From Amoebidium appalachense (taxonomy: Eukaryota; Protista; Ichthyosporea): DNA of 64,000 nt. The position numbers and the translations under genes were made by a program. Positions 36,139-64,000 of the stretch are shown here, one piece after another (position 1 is the first letter of the stretch; every line of letters begins with the position of its first letter). The stretch covers positions 9,688,907-9,752,906 of the forward strand of contig CAVNZM010000001.1 in NCBI GenBank assembly GCA_963693365.1. Reading direction: 5' to 3'. The notes below the pieces were generated by a model, which saw only the letters and a program-made list of their open reading frames with translations, did no database searches and was not told the origin of the DNA.

Positions 36139-36443
36139 AGCCACTTGGAACTAAAACAAATACAACGAATGTAGCTAGCCAATCCCGCTACCTCTTAGCT
36201 ACTAACAGAGGAGAGCAAACACAAATAAAATACAATAAGTTCTATCAGGCAAGAGAGCCAGGTGTGCACAGATCTACAGATATCTGTGCACACAGAAACA
36301 AGGGAGAGAGAGAGATACGGGGGGGGGGGGAGGGGGAGGGGGGGGGGGGGGGAGGGGGAGGGGGGGGGGGGGAAGAGAAAGAAAAGAGAAAAGGGAGAGA
36401 GGGGGGAGAGCACAAAGAAGGAGAGCAGACACGAATACAAACA
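36139..36443 (-). repeat. Further fragment of the second Copia LTR copy (matches 26159-26460)
   Basis: Shared taagccact..gaactaaaacaaa..caacgaatgtagctagccaatc...gtgtgcacagatctacagatatctgtgcaca...gcagacacgaata, including the internal poly-G. Confidence 0.9.
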
Positions 36444-36757
36444 AAATTTAATATCTATGCATCCAGCATTAATAGCCGAAACCCCGAAACGTTGCAAGAT
36501 CGGCAGTGACGTAATTTAGATTTTCTAAATCGTTCTGCAAAGCGGGCCAGTAGCACGCGTCTGTGACTGTTAGCCAAAGTTCACGGGGTTTTCTGCCCGC
36601 CCCCCCCCCCCCCCCCCCCCCCCCCCAAACCCCCCTCCCGCTGATTCATTGAAATATATGGAAATTGTACGCTTGGGGGTTGAGTTTGCCCAGCCTCGGC
36701 CACTCGTCCCGAAACAACTCCGGTCTTGGCTCGCCCCTCTGGTAAGGACGCTTGATT

Positions 36758-36826
<69 letters not shown>

Positions 36827-37553
36827 AACAAGGTCGCGACAAACATTTTTTTTTGGGGGGGGGGGGGGGGGGGGTATTTTGACCCCGATGTAGTGATCAG
36901 TAGCCTCATACCCCCCCCCCCCCCCCCCCCCCTCCCCCCCCCCCCCCCCCCCCCTTCCCCTCCCCTCCCTTCTTCTTCTCACATATCGGGACAAATTCGT
37001 GAACCTCCGGGATCCAAAGTTGCAGTGTGTTTTATAAGAAACAAGGTTTCGGCGCTGATGTCCGTAATGATATGTTAAGGAACAGAAGGTTTCCCGAGCA
37101 TACGCAGGACATTTTCGTAAATTTCAAAGTGTACATGTGGCTTTTAATGCAGTAAAGCAAATTTCATTCCTAATTTACTAGTAATATTCAATATTAAAGT
37201 CAAGCTGTAGTAAGCCTGGGGAAAAAATGGCCATAATAATTAGATAACTAATTACAACAAAATGGAAAATTATTATAAGTTTAACTATCTAACAAATCAT
37301 ACTGTGTTTGTACGGCGAATGTATCTCCTATTTGTACATGCAAAATTGTGTACGTACACGATGCTGCTCACTGCCAGTACCTTTAAGATACTAATGTGGC
37401 TCGGTTTGCGCTGAGGTAGAACAGTTTCTTTGAGCAGTGTTGGTGTGTTGTAATGAATTTACATGCATGTGTGTGTGTGTCAACGAAGTTACAGTGTGTA
37501 TCCCTGTATGCACCAGCACTCAGACTGGCACATACACCGACACACCCTGAGAC

Positions 37554-37683
<130 letters not shown>

Positions 37684-37920
37684 ATGCAAGTGTGTGTGTG
37701 TGCATGCATGTATGTCGACATCATGTGACGTGTCTGTGTGTGAAATGTGTGTGATTTGTGTATGCGTACGTGTCCGCCTGCAGGTGCCATGTGTTGTGCA
37801 GCTACAGATCACAAGGTCTCTCGTAAATAATCGGTGCAATAAATATCGATCATACGGGACATTCGGTTGTCATTAACGCATTCGGTCGTTCGACTGCTGA
37901 GCCCATGGTCGCCGATGGGA

Positions 37921-38331
37921 CTATGTAGGTGAGGGCTGCTGCAAGATAAGGATATGGTTAGTTTTTTGTTTTTTTGTTTTTTTTTTGGTTTTGTTTTGTT
38001 TTGTTTTGTTTTCTGGTTGTTTTCCTGTTATACATTCAACATTCGGATGACTGATATTATCGGTCGAGGACACATAACCCAATGAATAAATTCACGGTCT
38101 GTGTGTGGTTCCGGGCCGGTAGGCTATTGCACTTAGTCTCAGTGTGTGTGCGCGCGCGAACAAGTGTGTGTGTGTGTGTGTGTGTGTGCGTGTGCGTGTG
38201 TGTGTGTGTTCCTATATGTGTGTGTGTGTGCGCCCGCACGCTCCATAATCGAAAGGATTAGTGCCGGGTGATTGAGTGATCTAATGAGAGAGGCACAGAG
38301 AGAGAGACAGAGAGAGGGGGGAAGAGAAAGG

Positions 38332-38383
<52 letters not shown>

Positions 38384-38399
38384 GAGAGAGAAAGAGAGT

Positions 38400-38463
<64 letters not shown>

Positions 38464-38492
38464 GTGTGTGTGTGTGTTTTCTTGTGCCAGGA

Positions 38493-38524
<32 letters not shown>

Positions 38525-40386
38525 TGTACGTGTACTTGTGTTTGTGTGTCTAACGGCCATACGTGCTGTCCTACAGAATGTGCTTGTGCTAAGGATAAAC
38601 TTAGGAGGGGTGGAAGGGCTGTTTCCGCCCGAGGTGACGGGGGGCTGGGGGGAGGGGGGGGGGGGGGGGGGGAGGGGAAGCCACACCCTACCTGCTGAAG
38701 TTGTGGTCGTGGCCTTGGCCTAGCGGTTAAAGGTAAGGTCCAATTGAAAATTCGCGCCGTCACCATGCTTGGACCCCGCAAATCTGCCGTCGTGTGGGGC
38801 ATATCCCAGCGTGCTTGGATAACCTGGGTGGCGAATTGGTCCAATGTCTGCACCGAAACGACAAAGCGGAGGATAGACGAATATCCGACGCAAGCCGAAA
38901 TTATGTGGTGGGGGTTTATTATGCTGTAAGTCATCAGGACCCCAAACGTCACGGCCAAAATTAACGTTGTTCGCAAATTCGAGTAGAAATCGTTGAACTG
39001 GATAGATGCCCTCCACGACTTGCCGAGATAGTACAGTAAAATCGGCGCATATATGAATGCGAGCGGGAAAAGTCCGAGCAGGCCGTATCGTGTTCCGGAT
39101 GGGTGAAGGTTGTCGCGGAATCTCCAGATGAAATACGTAATGCTACAACTCAAGAACCCCAAAACGGTCATGAGGAGGGTAAATCTCAGTGGGCTGAACT
39201 TCTTCACCCCCGTATTGGTCACCTTAGAGCTGAAGGCTGCCGCGAGCATGCGCTGCCGCATGATCAAAACGGAAAGGTAGGCCGAGATGAAGAGAATTGC
39301 AATCAGAAAACCAAAAAAAACTAAGTTGGAGCAATAGAGGATCTCACGGTTCAAAATCTCAGGAACATGATAATCGACATCAGCTGGGAATTGGCCAAGC
39401 TGAACGAGGTAGGCTATGGACATGAACAAGGAAGACGCTACAACACCGAGGGAAACCGTGAAGAGCAGAACGAGGTATACCCGCCCACGGGATCTGACAG
39501 CCGCATGGTGGCGCTTTGCGAAAACAATGAGACCAACGATCCCCACCAAAAGAAAACTTGCCAACGAAAAACTGATCTCGTATACGGATATCTGCCACCC
39601 TAGCGCTTTCGCTCTATCCGCCACCTCTTGGAACAGTTGCACCTGTGACACGAGTGATAAATTCGCTTCCTGGTAGAGTGTTTCGTTAAATGGTTGCGCA
39701 TGTTTCGCCGCTAGAGCGGCCGATTGTGCACTGCTTAGAACATCCCCCTGAGTTCGCACCGTGTAAAACGGGCTGACATTGGTGATGCCCAGGCACAATC
39801 CCAAAAACAGTATTTCCACACCCAGAGCAATAATAAGCACAACAAGGTGCGCGACGAACGTCTGCCTCACATACACCTTGACGCTTGCCGCCCGCCTTTC
39901 CCTATACTTATTTGCCGCCTTTTCCAGTTCGGATTCCGGTCCGGATCCATTCTGGAGGCCCAATTCCTCGGCAATTAGCTCTGCATGTCTGTTATATCTC
40001 CTTGTTCCATCTTGCACCCTCCTTCCTGCTCCTGCTCCCTGCCTGCATAGTTCATCCCCTTCGGCTTTTTCAGTTTTTACACTGACGATTTCGGCTGGGG
40101 GGACAAGAATGATAGTTGCATCTTTGGGAAGCTCCAAGGACGCCCATTGTTTCCCGCCCGTTACGTTTTCAATCGTGCTGGATTCAAAGTCTCGAGGTGG
40201 GGTTTTGAGGACGCTAGCGGCGGCAACTGCGTAACTGCTGGAATAGTGCGGTGTTCGTGTAAAATCAGCAGCTGGGGAAATTGGATCCCGGCCGCTTGTG
40301 GTTGTGTGTGATGAGGTGTGTTGGTGGGTGCTGAGAGGGTGATTTGTGTCTGTTGGGCTATTTTTGGACCCTAAAGGTACGTGCAT
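37921..40386 (-). CDS. Multi-pass membrane protein, GPCR-like 7TM with an extra N-terminal TM
   Basis: 565-codon exon 40386-38692 with eight hydrophobic segments. KRHHAAVRSRG after the second helix and IQFNDFY before the penultimate helix recall class-C/RGS-type 7TM receptors. Donor CAG|GTAGGG, probable tiny last exon QPSPT* at ~37938-37921. Confidence 0.75.
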
Positions 40387-42912
40387 ATTGGTGGAGCGTA
40401 ATACGGGTGGAGATTAGTGGGTGCATGCTTAGGTGTATACGGGTAGAAGGAAAAGGGGGTTTACTTATACTAAGAAAAGGATGAGGACGGGCAAAAAGCA
40501 TGAAGTCGCTCGATAGTAGTGATGGTGTGGCCCATGTGGCGAGTGAAGCGATGTGAAGGGAAGATCATAAAGAAATGGCTGATAACAAATGAACTTGGTA
40601 AGGTCGCGTTAGTAAGATGTGAATTGTAACACAGGAAAATACGTGTAGTATAATGTTTCCATGAGTCAAGAGGCTTCAACTTGACAAACGGACACCACGT
40701 TAGATCTTTGCATTAGTTTAGAATTCAAACGAAAAGTTGTGTGTGTAAGCCAAGCGTATGTGTCGGGGTTCTGACTGTTACTTCGTCTTTTCATCAACTG
40801 CGTCTCATGCATGTTATTTCTTATCCACCGCACATATCACAACAAGCTAATTTATCCGCTACACATATGTTACAGTTGAAGCTACCACTACAATATAGTG
40901 CCATGGCTTGAGTTCGCGATCGTGAACAACGGCAGAATGGTGTCAAGGACCCAAGGAGTGTGATCACCCACAAAACGCTGGATTGAAAAGAAATAAACCT
41001 TATCAGCTGTAGAGCAAACGTTCACAATCTTTCCTTTTTTGCGATTGAAAATGATAAGATATATGGAAACACATATAAACCACAGTCACATTGTAACCAC
41101 ACTATATTCCTACTTTTCTTTATTGTTTTATAAAAATGAATTCTCGAAAACATCATCATTGTTATATATAAGCATTTAAGGAAATAAAATATGAATATGT
41201 TGGGTTTTCCCTATATATACCGTGCTTTTATTGGGAATTCTATTCGCCGTGACTCGAGTGGTTTCTCAGTGACAGCTCAATTTGCCGTAGTTTACAGATA
41301 CAAACGAATGCAATTCGGCTATTTTTGCAGATGTATCTAGCTAGCTTCGATATCGATTGGCGGACAGTGCATATTTCGAAATATTCTCACCAATCATGGA
41401 GTGAGGCTGTGAATAGGCGGCGTTAGGGCCATAATTATGCCTAAAGCCCATTTCGCCTTGAGGTACAGCCCGTTGTTGTTTCCGTTAGTTGATACAGAGG
41501 TTTGTCAAACCAAAAACTCATGAATTATATACTGTGGTCAATACCAATTTATATTACCATCTTCGTTGGAGGCAACTACCAAGTTTCTTGGATGTCTCAG
41601 ACGGCCAGCAGTAGTCACTAGTAGGGTATTTTCACACCCTGGGAGGAGATCCGTGCCGCCTCCGCGGCCCGGCCTGGGGGTCACTGTGATAGGCAGTAGG
41701 CACTGAAGGAAGCCCTCAAGAACTGATGATAATGCTACTTTTTGATAGGCACCTGAAAGACGAAAGCGATCGATTTGTTCAGTCAACGATTACAAAAAAA
41801 AAAGATGAAACCGAGAAATACAGCCGTACTGTATGCTGCACGGTGCACACAATGCACTTAGCAAGTTACGCCGGCGTCGCCGAAAAAGTGTGCGCGGCCG
41901 CTGCTGTACTACTACGGTGCGAGAAGCCCACGTGATTGGTTCAGTGCTCATCCAATCAACATCTGATTGCTGTTTACGTACATCACGGAGTCCCATCCGT
42001 CCCAATCTGGGCCCATCATCCCCGTGACTCGTGAGCAGAGACTTGAAGCAAGTCCTACCACGTGTCCAATAGTTCGCCCCCCGTTTTTAAGCCTAATACC
42101 TCCCTTTCCTACACAATTAAAGACATCACTTCTACCTATATGCAAGCCGTGTATTTTAGAAAAAACGCTCAAGCTCGATTCCCAAAAAAATGTAAACGTT
42201 GCCATAGCCATCAGGTGCGCGCACCATCGCGCGGTCAAGCTTGTATGTACTGTTAGTAACTCAAGCTTGGTGAGTCATGAAGGCTCTTGTGCAGCAGTGT
42301 ATGGCCGGATATGAAGTTCATAAATTATCTCTCTGTATCATAATAAAAGAGTGGGGATTTCCCCCATGTTTCTATTGAGTTCAGACAAGAAGAAGTGACT
42401 CACGTCAGTACGGTGCTGCACTGATCATGAGGCCGGTCGTTTTTTTTTTTCATGACTGGCCCAGTGAGGGGCGCTGTCACCGTGGCTGTCTGTCCGCACC
42501 ATGCATGCACTGCATGCGCAGCGGCCACTTGGCCATGGAGTCACAGACTCCCGTCATGACGCACCATTCGCGGCGGGGGTCGGACTGCCCGCGGCGAGGG
42601 CTAGGCGCCTGTGTGTGTGTGTGTGTACACATGTGTGTGTGTGTGTGTGTGTGTGTCTTGTGTGTGTGGGTGCGCGCGTGCCCCCCCCCTTTACTCTCCC
42701 TGAGGGGGAAAAAGCACCCAACACTTGCGCAGATCTACATTTTCCTTGGGACGTGTGGATATCGATGTGACTATAGCTACCTAAAGCAGGGCTTTTGAAT
42801 ACATGCCTGTGTGTGGTAGTGGGTGTGTTTGCGTGTGTTGCACACATGCACACACACAAACACACAACACCGATGGGGAGAGAAAAAGAGAGGCAGAGAG
42901 AGAGAGAGAGAG

Positions 42913-42955
<43 letters not shown>

Positions 42956-43042
42956 GGGGGGGAGGGGAGGGAGGGGGGAGGGATCGGAAGGAGGGGGGGA
43001 TGGAGAGATGGAGGGAGGGAGGCCGCGGACAGAGAGCTTAAC

Positions 43043-43573
43043 TGACTGCGTATCGAGTGCACATCCGAAGCTACAGTTATCCGAAGTTCTGCGCTTTTAG
43101 TGTCGAGGAAAAAAAAAACAAAAACAAGAGACCAGCTCTTGTGCAACTCCCATTTATTTGGTAACCCCCCCGGCCTTCCCCCCCCCCCCCCCTCCCCTCC
43201 CCCCCCAACATGTTCGATCAATTAGCCATATATGGCAACCGTGAGAAAAGGATCGCTTTTGGTTACAACTCCCACGTGCTACGATCAGATAAGCCATATG
43301 GCAACTGCGAGAACCCAATGAATTGCCACTAATAAGCAGCTACAAAGGTACACTAGGAGTGCAATTGTTCAACCGGACTGGGCCTAGAGCACAGTCCCTT
43401 AAAGCTTCTATGCCGCATTTGTGCAAGGCTAACCAACCAACCACCACCACTGGGCCACCACCACCGGTACCAAGTTCTCCTTACGGATCACACGTCGTGC
43501 CTCTCTGCTCCCTCCCTAGACTTTAGCCCCCCCCTCTCCCCCCTCCCCCTCTAGAGCTCCCCCCCCCCCCTTC

Positions 43574-43610
<37 letters not shown>

Positions 43611-44365
43611 TGAGGGGGAAAAAACCGTCACTGTACCACACGACGGCAAGGTTTACATGTTCCAAATCCTCGGCACAATCTCATGTTACTGTATGTACGT
43701 AGCTAGGCTGTAGGGCATAAGGCATGACAAGTTGATGTAAATTTATCCCAAGGATGTGAAAGAGTTATGGAGAGCCTAGGCATCGATCAGGATCGGCAAA
43801 AAGAAAAAGAAAGAAAGAACAAATAGGACCGGTGCAAAAAGCCCCATAAGCAAGGACTTGGTATACATAAGGAGAGGGAAGGGTAGGGGGTGGTTTCGAA
43901 ATGATATATCATAGACGTACCTGATTTGTATGTATATATGCACACACACACACCAAGGCCTCCTAGATAAAGTTTATCTAGGGGGCCTTGACACACACAC
44001 ACACCCAAGCATATGAGAGAGAGAGAGAGCGGAGACCGAGAGAGAGAGGGAGGGAGGGAGGGAGGGAAGGAGGGAGGGAGGGAGGGAGGGGGGGGGGGGG
44101 GGGGGGGGGGGGAGGGGAGGAAGGGAGGGAGGGAGGGACAGAGGGACTGCATATTGAGTGCACCGTTCAAACGACACACGTATCACTTCCTCATTTTCAG
44201 CTTCGAAAAAAAACAACAACAGACCAGCTGTTGCACAGCTCTTATTTACTAAGTACACCCTCCCACGGTTTCGATCGGGTTAGCCATATATGGCAACAGT
44301 GAAAAACACATTGAATTTCGGTACACCACCCACGTGCTTCGATCGGATTAGCCATATATGGCAGG
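43043..44365 (+). repeat. Diverged ~250-bp direct repeat pair (43043-43312 and 44145-44365), each with two palindromic GCCATA(TA)TGGC motifs
   Basis: Shared gactgc.tat.gagtgcac, agaccagct, cgatc...ttagccatatatggcaac and cccacgtgct.cgatc.gat.agccata. Confidence 0.75.
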
Positions 44366-44766
44366 TATGGGAAACCAACAAAGAATCACTACAATGCAGC
44401 AATGCATGATATGCTTTAATGATGCTCCTTTCTCGTAGTCATAGCGGTAACGGGATTAGGGTCTCAAGGAATAATTCAACACGCCCATTTTCATTCTGTG
44501 TCTGCGATGAAGCTCTAGCTGTATCGACGCACCCTATGTAACAAAAATTCCATGCAACAACGCCAGCAATAGATGATGCATTGTTCAAACACCTTTTGCT
44601 CTCAATCATTTTGACTCCTCAAATTCAAATACAAACCGCAACTGACAAAACTCGACGACAAACACAGGAAATTTCAAAAACATTAGGGCAGAGGAAAGAG
44701 AGAAACCAACCAAAAAACCAACACGAGTGTATGTACACTACTCTCATGAGGAACACAACCACAACA

Positions 44767-63016
<18,250 letters not shown>

Positions 63017-63058
63017 CTGTGTGTGTGTATGAAGAGAGAGGGGCGGGATGGGGGAAGG

Positions 63059-63192
<134 letters not shown>

Positions 63193-63417
63193 CAGTGATG
63201 CTGGTGGTGGTGTTGGTACGGGGGAGCAGGAGATGGCTTGGTGAGTGGGTATGTAACCAGGATCCAAAGTTCTACGTCACTAATCGGCCCGAAGCCTCCG
63301 CAAAGGTTCATTGAATTTTATTCTAAATTTAGTTCATGTTCACCTTTCTATATTTAATTACTTTGCCTATAACTAGATCCTGGGCTCTGGGCCCCATCAT
63401 TGCCAACATCAGCCACA

Positions 63418-63496
<79 letters not shown>

Positions 63497-64000
63497 AAAT
63501 AAAAAAAATTGAAAATGAAAATAAAAAATAATAATAAAAAAATAAAAAATAATAACTTGCCCTTCCATCTACGTCATCCCGCCCTCCCCTCCTCCTCCCC
63601 CCTCCATCCCATCCCTCCCTTACCTCATACCAAACCATGATCTTTTCATATCCACTTAGGTCACAGCAAGTCCTCCTCCCATTTCCCATCTTCGTTTCTC
63701 CCCCCCCCCCCCCCCCCTCCCCCAGCCCCCCTCCCCCCCCCCCCACCACCACCACCACCACCACCACCACCATCATCTACCCCCCCCTTTCCCCCCCCCC
63801 CCCCCCCCCCCCCCCTCAAACCTCACCTCCTATGAGTTAGAGACGAGGTTGTGTGTGTGTGTGTGTGTGAGAGTGTGTGGGGCGGGAGGGGGAGCAAGAG
63901 AAAAAGACACAGAGGGAGGGTGTGTATGTGTTGGGGGGAAGGCGGGGCGGGGGGGGGGGGAGGGGGGGGGGGGGGGGGAGGGAGGGGGTGAGGAGGGCAA

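Noticed and set aside
41538-42314. Coding-like unique sequence upstream of the 7TM gene
   Set aside because: Multiple stops in all frames and no recognisable domain. Possibly an old pseudogene, but unsupported.

Overview
Eukaryotic, intron-rich, microsatellite-saturated genomic DNA. An animal-type tRNA-iMet primer-binding site suggests a holozoan, possibly a unicellular one, but that is inference only. Most ORFs in the supplied track are artefacts of (CA)n/(GA)n/poly-C tracts. Real content, left to right: (1) A convergent pair of paralogues encoding a large single-pass surface protein (signal peptide, ZP-module-like region, beta/gamma-crystallin-like, AbfB/beta-trefoil-like, three polybasic furin-type sites, TM). 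The minus copy (6.8-18.3 kb) is near-intact and the plus copy (0.5-4.3 kb) is broken. (2) A ~5 kb unit with imperfect terminal inverted repeats carrying a spliced Tudor-like + BEN-domain gene and no transposase. (3) A nested retroelement cluster at 25.7-36.5 kb: decayed Copia, a solo LTR, a 5'-truncated DIRS/PAT-type tyrosine-recombinase element, and an internally deleted LTR element whose PBS has a downstream complementary copy. (4) A 7/8-TM GPCR-like gene. (5) A ~21-exon NOC1/MAK21/CEBPZ gene whose introns carry a recurring ~190-bp element. Many introns pair 5' (GT)n/poly-G with 3' (AC)n/poly-C running right into the AG. Domain calls are by-eye motif recognition, not database results. Several frameshifts fall in homopolymers and may be sequencing errors.
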